This document shows, one piece after another, positions 1 through 11,973 of a DNA stretch of 64,000 nt (within the stretch, counting starts at the first letter, position 1; the number at the start of each line of letters is the position of its first letter). The notes below the pieces were generated by a model. It was not told the origin of the DNA, did no database searches, and saw only the letters and a program-made list of their open reading frames with translations. The position numbers and the translations under genes are program-made. The stretch lies in IMG/VR virus record IMGVR_UViG_3300035682_000004. One strand, 5' to 3'. The DNA comes from a virus.

Positions 1-1
1 T

Positions 2-808
2 TCATCATCATTCGCAGTTCCAAATGCTCAAGATAACAGTAGTATTGTTATTCCTGAAATCAACGTGAAAATGCAATCACAAGCCATCACTGCCAAAACT
101 AAAAAATTGAAAGCAGTATGGACACCTGAATTCTCACAAGATTTAGCTGCTTACCAAAACATTGATGCTGAAGCGGAAGTAACAAACATCATGTCTGAGT
201 ATATTTCAATGGAAATTGACCTTGAAATCTTAGATATGTTGATCGAAGACGCAGCAGCAGGTACTGAATACTGGTCAACTATTAACAACAACGTTTATAA
301 CCCAGGTACAGGTACTTTCTCAACAGCTGGTTCAGCGTTCTACAACACACAAGGCCAATGGTTCCAAACTTTAGGAACTAAAATCCAAAAATTAAGCAAC
401 AAAATTCACCAATTAACTTTAAGAGGTGGTGCTAACTTCATCGTTACATCTCCAACTGTAGCTACAGTATTAGAATCAATCCCAGGATTTGCTTCTAACA
501 ACAATGGTGATGCTGCTCAAATGGAATACGCTTTCGGTGTACAAAAAGCAGGTCAATTAAATGGCCGTTACACAGTTTACAAAAACCCTTACATGACTGA
601 AAACATCATGTTATTAGGTTACAGAGGTTCACAATTCTTAGAAGCTGGTGCTGTATTTGCTCCATACGTTCCATTAATTATGACTCCACTTGTGTACGAT
701 CCAGATACATTTACTCCACGTAAAGGTTTATTAACTCGTTACGCTAAGAAAATGTTAAGACCAGAATTTTATGGTAAGATCTACATTAACGGATTAAACA
801 CTATCTAA
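2..808 (+). CDS. Major capsid protein, T4 gp23-like (C-terminal part; 5' end lies outside the window)
   Basis: The frame is open from position 2 (SSSFAVPNAQDNSSIVIPEINVKM...). Motifs IPEI, AKTKKLKAVWTPEFSQDLAAY, RGGANFIVTSP, FAPYVPL and DPDTFTPRKGLLTRYA are typical of gp23-type capsid proteins. Confidence 0.93.
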   Translation, partial: SSSFAVPNAQDNSSIVIPEINVKMQSQAITAKTKKLKAVWTPEFSQDLAAYQNIDAEAEVTNIMSEYISMEIDLEILDMLIEDAAAGTEYWSTINNNVYNPGTGTFSTAGSAFYNTQGQWFQTLGTKIQKLSNKIHQLTLRGGANFIVTSPTVATVLESIPGFASNNNGDAAQMEYAFGVQKAGQLNGRYTVYKNPYMTENIMLLGYRGSQFLEAGAVFAPYVPLIMTPLVYDPDTFTPRKGLLTRYAKKMLRPEFYGKIYINGLNTI

Positions 809-825
809 TTCTAAATTAATAGAAT

Positions 826-861
826 AAAAAGAAGGGACTCGCATTGCGAGTCCTTTTTTTT
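826..861 (+). terminator. Intrinsic terminator after the capsid gene
   Basis: Hairpin AGGGACTCGC-ATT-GCGAGTCCTT followed by a T run, with an A run upstream. Confidence 0.85.
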
Positions 862-891
862 GTCTATATTTATTGAAAACTAATAAGTTTT

Positions 892-1050
892 ATGAGTGGA
901 AATATTGCAAGAATACCGCTTATTATCAATTTGAATATTAATATACGCAACTATATTATCTCCTATTTACCCACTGTATTAGACGGGTTAATCAACAAAT
1001 CAACAATTTTATTCACTAAACGACTGTATTATGAGTTCAAACCATCATGA
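892..1050 (+). CDS. Possible small ORF (52 aa, MSGNIARIPLII...), not in the ORF track
   Basis: ATG lies 18 nt after an ATATTTAT motif (866-873) and the stop overlaps the phoH start. No recognisable motif. Confidence 0.25.
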   Translation: MSGNIARIPLIINLNINIRNYIISYLPTVLDGLINKSTILFTKRLYYEFKPS

Positions 1051-1744
1051 GGACGAGATCTTCAAAGAGAAACGCAAACCTAAAACTCCAATTAAATTTA
1101 AAATTCAATTAAACGAAGAACAGAAACAAGCAAAAGAAAAAATTTTAAATAATACAGTTACATTATTAGCTGGTTCAGCTGGTTCAGGTAAAACTTTATT
1201 AGCATGTCAAATAGCATTAGAAAAGCTATTTATGAAAGAAGTAGAAAAAGTAATTATTACTAGACCTACAGTATCAAAAGAAGAAATTGGTTTTTTACCT
1301 GGTGATTTAAGAGAAAAAATGGATCCTTGGGTTCAACCAATTTATCAAAACATGTTTTTACTATATGATAAAGTTGCTATAGAAAAACACATTAATGAAG
1401 GTAATATAGAAATTGTACCTGTATCATTTATGCGTGGTAGAACATTTGTTAACTCAATTGTTATTGTAGATGAGGCTCAAAATGTGACACATGAACAAAT
1501 GGAAATGATTGTTACTCGTATTGGTATTGATTCTAAAATGATAGTATGTGGTGATGATAATCAAGTAGATTTAAAAAATAAACGTGACTCTGGATTTAAA
1601 TTCTTATATACAGCAGCGTCAAAAATTAAAAACTTAATTGGAATTAAATTAACTACTAACCATAGAAATCCAATAGTTGAAGATTTAATTGAATTATATA
1701 ATGATGCTTACGAAAGAGGCATGACCAATGTTAAAGTTAAGTAA
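1031..1744 (+). CDS. phoH: PhoH-family ATPase
   Basis: Walker A GSAGSGKT, plus ITRP, IGFLPGDLREK, FMRGRTF, DEAQN and GDDNQVDL motifs. Confidence 0.93.
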   Translation: MSSNHHEDEIFKEKRKPKTPIKFKIQLNEEQKQAKEKILNNTVTLLAGSAGSGKTLLACQIALEKLFMKEVEKVIITRPTVSKEEIGFLPGDLREKMDPWVQPIYQNMFLLYDKVAIEKHINEGNIEIVPVSFMRGRTFVNSIVIVDEAQNVTHEQMEMIVTRIGIDSKMIVCGDDNQVDLKNKRDSGFKFLYTAASKIKNLIGIKLTTNHRNPIVEDLIELYNDAYERGMTNVKVK

Positions 1745-1780
1745 GGAACCATATTTTTTTGATATTTATAATTAAAAGGC

Positions 1781-2215
1781 ATGGCAACTTTCACTTCCCA
1801 AATATTTGAAATTTTAACTTTAAATGGAGATAACGTAGGATCTTCTGTTACTAACACAATTAATGATATTAATTATGTAGATAACAGAATCCTTAGCATC
1901 CCTACTGGGTCAGTTACTACATTATTTTCGATGGATTCAGTACCAGGTGCTGGAACCTTTGTAACAAGTAGTGTTAAATATATTAGAGTAACTAATAATT
2001 CAACTATTACACCTATTAAATTAATTGTATCTTCTTCAACAGAAGCTATGAGTTATTTAATTTCTGCTGGTAGTTCATATATGATATCTACAAGTAAAAT
2101 GACAGGAAGTGTAAGTGTTGGTACTGGTAGCTTTAATTTTAGTGACATCCAATCAGTTAAAGCACAACCTTCATCAAGCGCTGCTTCAATAGAATATTAT
2201 ATCATAACAACTTAA
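1781..2215 (+). CDS. Hypothetical virion structural protein (Ser/Thr-rich, beta-rich)
   Basis: Lies in the head-neck cluster, is preceded by ATATTTAT, and has a low-charge composition. Confidence 0.6.
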   Translation: MATFTSQIFEILTLNGDNVGSSVTNTINDINYVDNRILSIPTGSVTTLFSMDSVPGAGTFVTSSVKYIRVTNNSTITPIKLIVSSSTEAMSYLISAGSSYMISTSKMTGSVSVGTGSFNFSDIQSVKAQPSSSAASIEYYIITT

Positions 2216-2224
2216 TAAAATAAT

Positions 2225-3445
2225 ATGAATATACCTATTTGGCCTGGTTCTAGTTCATTTGCTCAAGTATCAGCTTCTTACTATAATGTTCCTTCATCAG
2301 GAATCCCTCCTACCCCGTTTGGATTTTATGATAATGAAGCCCAATTTAAAACAGACGCTGATAGTGTAGCTATGTTTGTTACTCGTAGATTAGGATATCC
2401 TATTATGGATATTGAATTACAAGATATTAACATATATGCTGCTTTTGAAGAGGCAGTTACTACATACGGTAATGAATTATATGCTTTTTTAACTAGAGAT
2501 AATTATCTTTCGTTTGAAGGAGCTTCAACATCTATTGACGCTGATAATGCTTTAATTACTCCTTCAATGGCTAATATTGTTAGATTATCTGAACAATATG
2601 GAGAAGAAGCAGGCTCAGGAGGTAATGTTACTTGGAGAAAAGGTAGATTAACTTTAATTCCTGGAGTACAAAGATATGATTTAAAAGCTTGGGCTGAGTC
2701 TCAAGGTATTGTAGGTGGAATTGAAATTAAAAGAGTATTTTACCAACCTCCTCCAGCTGTATCTCAAATGTTTGCTCCTTTCTTAGGAACAATGGCAGGA
2801 GGTTTAGGCGGAGTACCAGCAGCTGGTGCTTATGGTTTAGGAATGGGTTATACAAATTATTTAATGATGCCTACAAGTTTTACAGCTCAAACTATTCAAG
2901 CTATTGAGATGCAAAACACTATAACATTATCTAACTATACTTTTGAAATTACAAATAATGTAATCTCAGTATTTCCAGTTCCTGGAACTGGTTTCTTTAA
3001 TGAAGAAATGGATTCTAGTTTAGATTATGGTATTTATTTAAATTTTGACTATATTGTATTACAAGAAAGATTAGATTCAGCATTTGGTGATGGCACAAAT
3101 AAAATTACTAATACATCAAATGTACCTTATACTAATCCAAACTATAATGCTTTAAATTCAGTAGGTAGAAGTTGGATATATGAATACACTTTAGCTTTAA
3201 CTAAAGAAATATTAGGATATGTCAGAGGAAAATACAGTAGTGTTCCTATTCCTAATTCTGAAGTAACTTTAAATCAACAAGATTTATTATCTTCAGCTAC
3301 AGCTACTAAAGACGCGTTAATTTTAAGATTAAGAGAATATTTTGATCAAACTTCACGCCAAGCATTGCTTGAAAGAAGAGCAGCTGAATCAGCAGCCCGT
3401 GTAACAGAAATAAATCAAGTACCAATGGTAATTTATATAGCATAA
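2225..3445 (+). CDS. Neck / head-tail adaptor protein (gp13-like)
   Basis: RRLGYPIMDIEL near the N-terminus and YTLALTKEILGYVRGKYSSVPIP near the C-terminus; synteny with T4-like neck genes. Confidence 0.7.
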   Translation: MNIPIWPGSSSFAQVSASYYNVPSSGIPPTPFGFYDNEAQFKTDADSVAMFVTRRLGYPIMDIELQDINIYAAFEEAVTTYGNELYAFLTRDNYLSFEGASTSIDADNALITPSMANIVRLSEQYGEEAGSGGNVTWRKGRLTLIPGVQRYDLKAWAESQGIVGGIEIKRVFYQPPPAVSQMFAPFLGTMAGGLGGVPAAGAYGLGMGYTNYLMMPTSFTAQTIQAIEMQNTITLSNYTFEITNNVISVFPVPGTGFFNEEMDSSLDYGIYLNFDYIVLQERLDSAFGDGTNKITNTSNVPYTNPNYNALNSVGRSWIYEYTLALTKEILGYVRGKYSSVPIPNSEVTLNQQDLLSSATATKDALILRLREYFDQTSRQALLERRAAESAARVTEINQVPMVIYIA

Positions 3446-3446
3446 A

Positions 3447-3995
3447 ATGGCATTATTTGGAAGTACAAGAGATGTTTCAGCTTTAAGATTTATTAATAGA
3501 GAATTAATGGGTAATATTATTACCCAACAGGTTGCTTATTATAAATTTAATCTAGGTCAAACTAGAGTTAATATGTATGGTGAAAACGTAGAGGGTAAAT
3601 TTTATATTGGACCAGTTCTATTAAGTTGTTTAATTGAAAGAAATGATCAATTATTTCCTACAAGTGATTTAGGTCCTGATTTAGTATATGGAATAGATGT
3701 AGCATTTTTAAAAGATGATTTATTAAATAAAAATTATGATTTTAATATTGATACTGAGTTTTATGGTGCTAATTTAGTTCCACAAGTAGGAGATATTATA
3801 ATGTTCCAAGAAGGATATTTTGAAGTAGATAATGTTGTAAATAATCAATTATTTGTAGGTAAAGATCCTGAATATCCAAACAGTGTAAATCCTTTAAATC
3901 CAGGATTACAAAACTTTGGTTGGGATATTTCAATACTTTGCAAAACACATTATGTACCACAAGATAGAGTAAATATAACTAAAGCAAGATTATAA
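3447..3995 (+). CDS. Neck / head-closure protein (gp14-like)
   Basis: NMYGE and PQVGDII motifs; sits between gp13-like and gp15-like genes. Confidence 0.6.
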   Translation: MALFGSTRDVSALRFINRELMGNIITQQVAYYKFNLGQTRVNMYGENVEGKFYIGPVLLSCLIERNDQLFPTSDLGPDLVYGIDVAFLKDDLLNKNYDFNIDTEFYGANLVPQVGDIIMFQEGYFEVDNVVNNQLFVGKDPEYPNSVNPLNPGLQNFGWDISILCKTHYVPQDRVNITKARL

Positions 3996-4864
3996 TGGCA
4001 GGAAGAATACCTATACCTAAAACACAAAAAGAGATACTTGTAGATCAACAAGTACCTTTTGATGTTGAAAGAGGTAACCCTAATAAGTCTAATAATCCTA
4101 ATAGAGCTACACAAACTTCTTTTAGAAATGATAATACTAAACCATTTAGTATTGGTCTTCAAGATATTGATGGAGCTATTATGTATTACTTTCAAAATGT
4201 TATTAAACCTTTTGTAGTACAAAATGAAGAAAGAATAGAAGTTCCTGTTATATATGGTTCACCTGAAAAATGGAAATCATATCAAAAGGATGGTTACTAT
4301 AGAGATGTAAACGGTGCTATTATGGCTCCGCTTATTATGTTTAAAAGAGATAGTATAGAAAAAAATAGGACTGTAGCTAATAAATTAGATGCTAATAAAC
4401 CTAATAATTATACAGTAACAGAAAAACAATACTCTCAAGGTAATGTATATAGTAATTTTAATGTTTTAACTAACAGAGCACCAACTACTACATATTATGC
4501 TTCAGTAGTACCTGATTATTTAACATTAACTTATAGTTGTGTAGTATTTACTTACTATGTAGCTCAATTAAATAAAATAGTAGAGGCAATTGAATATGCC
4601 TCAGATGCGTATTGGGGTAACCCAGAACAATTTCAATTCCAAACTCGTATTGACACATTTAATACAGTAACAGAATTACAAAATGATGCTGAACGATTAG
4701 TTAGAAGTACATTTAATATTAAAGTATATGGATATATAGTTCCAGAAGTATTACAAAAAGATTTAAACTCTATCAAGAAATTTTCAAGTAAGAGTAAAAT
4801 AATTATAAATTTAGAATCAACAATAACAAACCCAACAAACGAAATACAATATGGCCAGAATTAA
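3995..4864 (+). CDS. Tail terminator / sheath stabiliser (gp15-like)
   Basis: [18 protein letters not shown] and VPDYLTLTY motifs; synteny. Confidence 0.65.
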   Translation: MAGRIPIPKTQKEILVDQQVPFDVERGNPNKSNNPNRATQTSFRNDNTKPFSIGLQDIDGAIMYYFQNVIKPFVVQNEERIEVPVIYGSPEKWKSYQKDGYYRDVNGAIMAPLIMFKRDSIEKNRTVANKLDANKPNNYTVTEKQYSQGNVYSNFNVLTNRAPTTTYYASVVPDYLTLTYSCVVFTYYVAQLNKIVEAIEYASDAYWGNPEQFQFQTRIDTFNTVTELQNDAERLVRSTFNIKVYGYIVPEVLQKDLNSIKKFSSKSKIIINLESTITNPTNEIQYGQN

Positions 4865-7800
4865 TAACTCCATACCTAGAAATAATGTACGATTTTTAGA
4901 TCAAGTATCTATAGCTTCTTTTGAAGTGCCTACTTCAGAAGGTAGTAGTGGTATTGGTACATCTGGACTTTCAGGTTTATCAGGTATTTCAGGCCTAAGT
5001 GGTACTGGTGGTTCAGGTCTTTCAGGCTTAAGTGGCATTGGTAGTTCAGGTATTTCAGGTTTATCAGGAACAGGTACATCAGGTATCTCAGGACTAAGTG
5101 GTACTGGAACATCTGGTTTAAGTGGTTTATCAGGAACAAATGGTACAAATGGTACTTCAGGACTTTCAGGTTTAGAAGGCTTATCAGGTATAAGTGGCTT
5201 ATCAGGTATAAATGGTACTTCAGGACTTTCAGGCTTAGAAGGTTTGTCAGGTTTAAGTGGTACTGGAACTTCAGGCTTATCAGGATTAAGTGGAACTGGC
5301 ACCTCAGGATTAAGCGGTTTATCAGGAATTAATGGTATTTCAGGTTTAAGTGGATTAGAAGGTCTTTCAGGTCTTAGTGGTATTGGCACTTCAGGACTTT
5401 CAGGTTTAAGCGGTATTAGCTCATCTGGTATATCTGGCTTAAGTGGAATAGGTACATCAGGTATCTCAGGATTAAGCGGTTTATCAGGAACTAATGGTAC
5501 CAATGGTACTTCAGGCCTTTCAGGATTAGACGGTGTATCAGGATTAAGTGGTACAGGTATATCTGGTTTATCAGGTTTAAGTGGTGCTTTAGGTATTTCA
5601 GGTTTAAGTGGTTTATCAGGCACAAATGGTAACTCAGGACTTTCAGGTCTTGAAGGTACATCAGGACTTTCAGGACTAAGTGGTACTGGAACATCAGGAT
5701 TGTCAGGTTTAAGTGGAATAGGAACATCAGGTCTTTCTGGTTTATCTGGTACTAATGGAGCATCAGGTCTTTCAGGCCTAGAAGGTACATCAGGTATTTC
5801 AGGACTAAGTGGTACCGGAATCTCAGGACTTTCAGGTCTTAGTGGTATTAGTACTTCAGGCCTTTCAGGTTTATCAGGTATTAATGGTACTTCAGGACTT
5901 TCAGGTCTAGAAGGTACATCAGGTATAAGTGGATTAAGTGGTACTGGTCTATCTGGTCTTTCAGGATTAAGTGGTACAATTGGTACATCCGGCTTATCAG
6001 GTATTAATGGTATTTCAGGAACAAGTGGAACGGATGGTTTAAGTTGTTTAAGTTATACTGTAACCTATCAAGTAGGTGGCGGTGATTTATATTTTGATTA
6101 CAATGATTGCTCGGGTGCTTTAGTAAGTGTGGGGCCTGTAACAAGTGGTTCTTTAACATTTTGTGCGCTTAGTTTCGGGAGTTCTCCCAGCATAGTTATA
6201 ATTTCGGGTAATGCTACGATTTTAAGTAACGGAGTTTGCGTAGGCACAAGTGGTTTATCTGGTTTAAGCGGAACAGGAACATCAGGACTTTCAGGTCTTA
6301 GTGGAATAGGAACATCAGGTCTTTCTGGTTTATCAGGTATTAGTGGTACAAACGGAACTTCAGGTTTATCAGGTTTAGAAGGTACATCAGGTTTATCTGG
6401 TTTAAGCGGAATAGGAACTTCAGGTATTTCAGGTCTAAGTGGAATTAGTACATCAGGCTTATCAGGTATAAGTGGTTTAGAAGGTAATTCAGGCTTAAGT
6501 GGTTTATCAGGTACATCAGGTTTAAGTGGTACATTAGGTATTTCAGGATTAAGTGGTTTATCAGGAACTAGTGGTGATTCAGGTCTTTCAGGTCTATCAG
6601 GTTTAAGTGGTAATTCAGGTCTAAGTGGTACCTCAGGTCTTTTAGGTAATTCAGGTCTTTCAGGTTTAGAAGGTACATCTGGTTTAAGTGGAATAGGAAC
6701 TTCAGGCTTATCAGGTATAAGTGGCTTATCAGGTACATCAGGTATAAATGGTATTTCAGGTTTAGAAGGTACTTCAGGATTAAGTGGAATAGGAACATCA
6801 GGTCTTTCAGGTACTTCAGGTTTAAGTGGTGAAAGTGGTTTATCAGGTATAAATGGCACGTCAGGACTTTCAGGTGTATCAGGCATCTCAGGTCTAAGTG
6901 GTACTAATGGAGAGTCAGGTTTAAGTGGATTAAGTGGTACAGTAGGTACTTCAGGTATAAGTGGTTTATCCGGTCTAGAAGGTATATCAGGTTTAAGTGG
7001 TACATCAGGTTTAAATGGTACTTCAGGTATTTCTGGTTTAAGTGGCACTTTAGGTTTATCAGGTATAAGTGGCTTATCAGGTTTAGATGGCAATTCAGGT
7101 CTTTCAGGACTTTCAGGTTTAAGTGGCTTAAATGGTACATCAGGTTTATCAGGTTTAAGTGGTATTTCAGGTATAAACGGTGACTCAGGTCTTTCAGGTC
7201 TAAGTGGTACATCTGGAATTTCAGGAACATCAGGATTGTCAGGTATATCAGGTATAAACGGTGACTCAGGTCTTTCAGGCTTGTCAGGTACAAGTGGTAT
7301 TTCTGGTTTAAGTGGTACATTAGGTATATCTGGTTTATCAGGTACATCAGGTATTTCAGGATTAAATGGTGACTCAGGTCTTTCAGGTGTAAGTGGTTTA
7401 TCAGGTCTCTTAGGTACATCAGGTATTTCAGGTCTAGAAGGTATATCAGGAATTTCAGGTTTATTAGGAACTTCAGGTATAAGTGGATTAAGTGGTACTT
7501 TAGGTGTAAGTGGTCTATCAGGTATTTCAGGTTTAGAAGGTACATCAGGAATTTCAGGTTTAAGTGGTACAGTAGGTACCTCAGGCCTATCAGGTTTAAG
7601 CGGCACATCAGGTATATCAGGTATAAATGGTGACTCAGGTCTTTCAGGATTATCAGGCATCTCAGGTACAAATGGTATTTCTGGTTTAAATGGCATATCA
7701 GGTTTATCAGGTGAAAGTGGTTTATCCGGCTTATCAGGTACATTAGGACTTTCAGGATTATCAGGTACAAGTGGCATTTCAGGATTATCAGGTGAATTAG

Positions 7801-10800
7801 GTTTATCCGGGTTAAGTGGTACATCAGGTTTATCAGGAACGAGCGGCATTTCAGGTTTATTAGGTACTTCAGGTTTAAGTGGTACATCAGGTCTTTCAGG
7901 TTTATCAGGAACTTTAGGTATAAGTGGATTAAGTGGTGAGTCTGGCTTGTCTGGAACTTCAGGCTTATCAGGTTTAAATGGTACATCAGGACTTTCTGGT
8001 TTATCAGGTACAAGCGGTATCTCAGGTACAAGCGGTATATCAGGCTTAAGTGGTACATCAGGTTTAGGATTCACAGCACAAACTGTTGGTCAATCTTTTG
8101 TAACTAATGGTTCTTTAGTAGGTACAAATATTAATTTTTATGTTGCTGATTACGGAGCATTTGCAGTAGGTAATTTTATTAATTTAGTTGACCAAACTAG
8201 TGGTAGTACATTCTACTATAATGGTAAAATAACATTAATTCAATTTGCTGGAGGATTTGGATGGGCTATCCATATGGATGTGTTAGGTTATGGTGGAACA
8301 CCAATTTCATCTCCATCTAATAGTTGGTTAATGGAATTAACAGGAGCAACGGGTACATCAGGAATTTCAGGCTTAAGTGGCTCATCTGGTCTTTCAGGTG
8401 TATCCGGTTTATCAGGAGAATCAGGTCTTTCAGGTATATCAGGAACTTCAGGACTTTCAGGCTTATCCGGTTTATCTGGTTTAAGTGGTATAGGTACATC
8501 AGGTATATCAGGACTTTCAGGTATGTCAGGTACCTCAGGTTTAAGCGGTTTATCAGGACTTTCTGGTATAGATGGTATATCAGGTCTTTCAGGAATATCA
8601 GGCTTATCAGGATTAAGTGGCACCTCAGGATTGTCAGGTACAAGCGGTATTTCAGGCTTATCAGGTGAATCAGGCATTTCAGGATTATCAGGAACATTAG
8701 GTATAAGTGGTTTAAGTGGCACATCAGGTCTTTCAGGTTTATTAGGTGAAAGTGGTTTATCCGGTCTTAGTGGTACCTTAGGTCTCTCAGGCTTAAGTGG
8801 TGAATCAGGTTTATCAGGTACAAGCGGTATTTCAGGTTTAAGTGGTACTTCAGGCATATCAGGTTTATCAGGTGAATCAGGTTTATCTGGTCTATCAGGT
8901 TTAAGTGGTACTTCAGGTTTATTAGGAACAAGTGGCATTTCAGGCCTATCAGGTGAAAGCGGATTATCTGGTCTATCAGGTACAAGCGGTATTTCAGGTC
9001 TAAGCGGTACATCAGGTTTATCAGGTGATTCAGGACTTTCTGGTTTAAGTGGTTTATCAGGTACAAGTGGAATATCTGGTCTAAGTGGTACTTTAGGTAT
9101 AAGTGGCTTAAGTGGTGACTCAGGTCTTTCAGGATTATCAGGATTATCAGGTACATCAGGATTTTCAGGTTTAAGTGGTATATCAGGACTTTCAGGAATT
9201 GATGGTACATCAGGTCTTTCAGGATTATCAGGTACAAGCGGTATTTCAGGACTTTCAGGTTTATCAGGTGAATTAGGTTTAAGTGGTTTATCCGGCTTAA
9301 GTGGCTCATCAGGTATTTCAGGTATAAATGGTGACTCAGGTCTTTCAGGTTTAAGTGGTACTTCAGGCATATCAGGATTAAGTGGTACTTCAGGTACATC
9401 AGGTTTATCAGGTACAAGCGGTATTTCAGGTCTATCAGGTGAAAGTGGTTTATCAGGATTATTAGGTTTATCAGGTTTATCAGGTATAAACGGTATTTCA
9501 GGTTTATCAGGTATTTCAGGTTTAAGCGGTGAATCCGGCTTATCAGGTACAAGTGGTACTTCAGGACTTTCAGGTTTAAGTGGTACATCTGGTTTATTAG
9601 GAGAGTCAGGATTGTCAGGTACAAGTGGTATTTCAGGCATAAATGGTAATTCAGGTTTGTCCGGGTTAAATGGTACATCAGGCTTAAGTGGTTTATCAGG
9701 TACATCAGGCATCTCAGGATTAAGTGGTGAATCAGGTTTATCCGGAACATTAGGTATATCAGGTTTATCAGGTCTTTCAGGACTTAGTGGTTTAGAAGGT
9801 ACATCAGGTCTTTCAGGACTAAGTGGCACTTCAGGACTTAGTGGTTTAGAAGGTACGTCAGGTCTCTCAGGACTAAGTGGCACTTCAGGACTTAGTGGTT
9901 TAGAAGGTACGTCAGGTCTCTCAGGACTAAGTGGTATATCAGGAACATCAGGTATAAGTGGTCTTAATGGAGAAGCTCAATCTGGAGCATCAGGTACAAG
10001 TGGTATTTCAGGATTAAGTGGTAATGTAGGAACATCAGGACTTTCAGGTCTAAGTGGTACAGTTGGTACTTCAGGCTTATCAGGTCTTTCAGGTACTAAT
10101 GGTACAAACGGAGAATCAGGATTAAGTGGTTTAAGTGGTACAATAGGTACTAGTGGTCTTTCAGGTTTAAGTGGAGCATCAGGAACAGGAGGTGGAAGTG
10201 GTACTTCAGGTCTTTCAGGTTTATCAGGTATAGATGGAACATCAGGTTTAAGTGGTACTTCAGGTATTGAAGGAATATCAGGACTTTCAGGTATAAGCGG
10301 CTTATCAGGTACATCAGGACTTTCAGGTCTTTCAGGTACATCAGGTTTAGATGGTACCGGAGGAACATCAGGTTTAAGTGGTACAAGTGGTCTATCAGGC
10401 TTAAGTGGTATTAGTGGCTTAAGTGGCACAAGTGGTCTTTCAGGAACATCAGGTTTAGATGGTACAGGAGGAACTAGTGGTTTAAGTGGTACATCAGGAT
10501 TATCAGGAATATCAGGTTTATCTGGTCAAAGTGGTCTTTCAGGAACATCAGGACTTTCAGGTGAATCAGGTTTATCAGGTCAATCAGGTATAAATGGAAC
10601 TTCAGGTTTAAGTGGTATTAGTGGTTTAAGTGGTACAAGCGGTTTATCAGGTATAAGTGGTTTAGATGGTACAGGAGGAACTTCAGGATTAAGTGGTACT
10701 AGTGGTTTAAGTGGTACAAGTGGTCTATCAGGAATATCAGGTATTGATGGAACATCAGGACTAAGTGGTTTATCAGGAACTAGTGGCTTAAGTGGTACAA

Positions 10801-11924
10801 GTGGTCTTTTAGGTACATCAGGTTTATCTGGTATCTCAGGATTAAGTGGTGAATCAGGTTTAAGTGGATTAAGTGGTACTATAGGAACTTCAGGCATCTC
10901 AGGATTAAGTGGTACTTCAGGTATAAGTGGTACAAATGGAGAATCAGGATTAAGTGGTTTATCAGGTTTAAGTGGTACAAGTGGCATTTCAGGTTTATCA
11001 GGTATAAGCGGTATTGATGGAACTTCAGGATTAAGTGGTACATCTGGTTTAAGTGGTCTTTCAGGTATAAATGGAACTTCAGGTTTATCAGGTATATCAG
11101 GTTTATCAGGTGAAAGTGGTTTATCAGGTTTAAGTGGTACTTTAGGTTTATCAGGTCTTTCAGGCCAATCAGGTATTTCAGGTTTATCAGGAACTTCAGG
11201 TATAAGTGGTACAAACGGAGAATCAGGATTAAGTGGTACTTCAGGTCTTTCAGGAACAATAGGAACTTCAGGACTTTCAGGACTAAGTGGAATCTCAGGA
11301 ACTAATGGTACAAGTGGAGAGTCAGGTCTATCAGGTTTAAGTGGTACAGTAGGAACAAGCGGTCTGTCAGGATTAAGCGGTATATCAGGCTTATCAGGTA
11401 CATCAGGAATTTCAGGATTAAGTGGTACTTCAGGTACAAATGGTGAATCAGGACTAAGTGGAATTTCAGGTCTTTCAGGAACAATAGGTACAAGTGGTAT
11501 CTCAGGCTTATCAGGTACATCAGGTATTTCAGGTCTAAGTGGTACAGTTGGCACATCAGGACTTTCAGGCACATCAGGCTTATCAGGTATATCAGGTACT
11601 CTAGCTTTAACAGGTACAACAGATAATGGTGTGATTACTTATATAAGTTCTTCAAATTCAGGACAAGTAGAAGCTAATTTTACATTTAATGGTACTAGTT
11701 TATCATTAACAGGAAGTCTTACTTCATCAGGAGACATAACAGCACCTTATATTTCCGCATCAAGTGGTATATATGATAATTCAGGAGCAGCCGCTATACA
11801 ATTTGTATATATATCATCATCTAAATTATTGACATATATAACACCTTTAACAGATGGTGATATACTCCAGTATAGTGGAAGTGTGATGACTGGTTCAAAT
11901 CTTATTGACGGAGGTACATTCTAG
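4851..11924 (+). CDS. Giant (Ser-Gly-X)n collagen-like fibre protein 1 (2357 aa)
   Basis: Gly at every third residue over most of its length (SGL/SGT/SGI), two non-repeat inserts, and a C-terminal IDGGTF motif typical of phage fibre proteins. Confidence 0.8.
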   Translation: MARINNSIPRNNVRFLDQVSIASFEVPTSEGSSGIGTSGLSGLSGISGLSGTGGSGLSGLSGIGSSGISGLSGTGTSGISGLSGTGTSGLSGLSGTNGTNGTSGLSGLEGLSGISGLSGINGTSGLSGLEGLSGLSGTGTSGLSGLSGTGTSGLSGLSGINGISGLSGLEGLSGLSGIGTSGLSGLSGISSSGISGLSGIGTSGISGLSGLSGTNGTNGTSGLSGLDGVSGLSGTGISGLSGLSGALGISGLSGLSGTNGNSGLSGLEGTSGLSGLSGTGTSGLSGLSGIGTSGLSGLSGTNGASGLSGLEGTSGISGLSGTGISGLSGLSGISTSGLSGLSGINGTSGLSGLEGTSGISGLSGTGLSGLSGLSGTIGTSGLSGINGISGTSGTDGLSCLSYTVTYQVGGGDLYFDYNDCSGALVSVGPVTSGSLTFCALSFGSSPSIVIISGNATILSNGVCVGTSGLSGLSGTGTSGLSGLSGIGTSGLSGLSGISGTNGTSGLSGLEGTSGLSGLSGIGTSGISGLSGISTSGLSGISGLEGNSGLSGLSGTSGLSGTLGISGLSGLSGTSGDSGLSGLSGLSGNSGLSGTSGLLGNSGLSGLEGTSGLSGIGTSGLSGISGLSGTSGINGISGLEGTSGLSGIGTSGLSGTSGLSGESGLSGINGTSGLSGVSGISGLSGTNGESGLSGLSGTVGTSGISGLSGLEGISGLSGTSGLNGTSGISGLSGTLGLSGISGLSGLDGNSGLSGLSGLSGLNGTSGLSGLSGISGINGDSGLSGLSGTSGISGTSGLSGISGINGDSGLSGLSGTSGISGLSGTLGISGLSGTSGISGLNGDSGLSGVSGLSGLLGTSGISGLEGISGISGLLGTSGISGLSGTLGVSGLSGISGLEGTSGISGLSGTVGTSGLSGLSGTSGISGINGDSGLSGLSGISGTNGISGLNGISGLSGESGLSGLSGTLGLSGLSGTSGISGLSGELGLSGLSGTSGLSGTSGISGLLGTSGLSGTSGLSGLSGTLGISGLSGESGLSGTSGLSGLNGTSGLSGLSGTSGISGTSGISGLSGTSGLGFTAQTVGQSFVTNGSLVGTNINFYVADYGAFAVGNFINLVDQTSGSTFYYNGKITLIQFAGGFGWAIHMDVLGYGGTPISSPSNSWLMELTGATGTSGISGLSGSSGLSGVSGLSGESGLSGISGTSGLSGLSGLSGLSGIGTSGISGLSGMSGTSGLSGLSGLSGIDGISGLSGISGLSGLSGTSGLSGTSGISGLSGESGISGLSGTLGISGLSGTSGLSGLLGESGLSGLSGTLGLSGLSGESGLSGTSGISGLSGTSGISGLSGESGLSGLSGLSGTSGLLGTSGISGLSGESGLSGLSGTSGISGLSGTSGLSGDSGLSGLSGLSGTSGISGLSGTLGISGLSGDSGLSGLSGLSGTSGFSGLSGISGLSGIDGTSGLSGLSGTSGISGLSGLSGELGLSGLSGLSGSSGISGINGDSGLSGLSGTSGISGLSGTSGTSGLSGTSGISGLSGESGLSGLLGLSGLSGINGISGLSGISGLSGESGLSGTSGTSGLSGLSGTSGLLGESGLSGTSGISGINGNSGLSGLNGTSGLSGLSGTSGISGLSGESGLSGTLGISGLSGLSGLSGLEGTSGLSGLSGTSGLSGLEGTSGLSGLSGTSGLSGLEGTSGLSGLSGISGTSGISGLNGEAQSGASGTSGISGLSGNVGTSGLSGLSGTVGTSGLSGLSGTNGTNGESGLSGLSGTIGTSGLSGLSGASGTGGGSGTSGLSGLSGIDGTSGLSGTSGIEGISGLSGISGLSGTSGLSGLSGTSGLDGTGGTSGLSGTSGLSGLSGISGLSGTSGLSGTSGLDGTGGTSGLSGTSGLSGISGLSGQSGLSGTSGLSGESGLSGQSGINGTSGLSGISGLSGTSGLSGISGLDGTGGTSGLSGTSGLSGTSGLSGISGIDGTSGLSGLSGTSGLSGTSGLLGTSGLSGISGLSGESGLSGLSGTIGTSGISGLSGTSGISGTNGESGLSGLSGLSGTSGISGLSGISGIDGTSGLSGTSGLSGLSGINGTSGLSGISGLSGESGLSGLSGTLGLSGLSGQSGISGLSGTSGISGTNGESGLSGTSGLSGTIGTSGLSGLSGISGTNGTSGESGLSGLSGTVGTSGLSGLSGISGLSGTSGISGLSGTSGTNGESGLSGISGLSGTIGTSGISGLSGTSGISGLSGTVGTSGLSGTSGLSGISGTLALTGTTDNGVITYISSSNSGQVEANFTFNGTSLSLTGSLTSSGDITAPYISASSGIYDNSGAAAIQFVYISSSKLLTYITPLTDGDILQYSGSVMTGSNLIDGGTF
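9777..9934 (+). repeat. About 3 tandem copies of a 54-bp unit inside fibre gene 1
   Basis: TCAGGACTTAGTGGTTTAGAAGGTAC... starts at 9777, 9831 and 9885. Confidence 0.85.
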
Positions 11925-11973
11925 GTATATTTATACGAGACCTATATAGGTATCCTTTATATAAACCATAGAT

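Noticed and set aside
65-808. Track start of the capsid ORF at 65
   Set aside because: The frame is open from position 2 and includes the conserved IPEI motif, so the gene starts upstream of the window.
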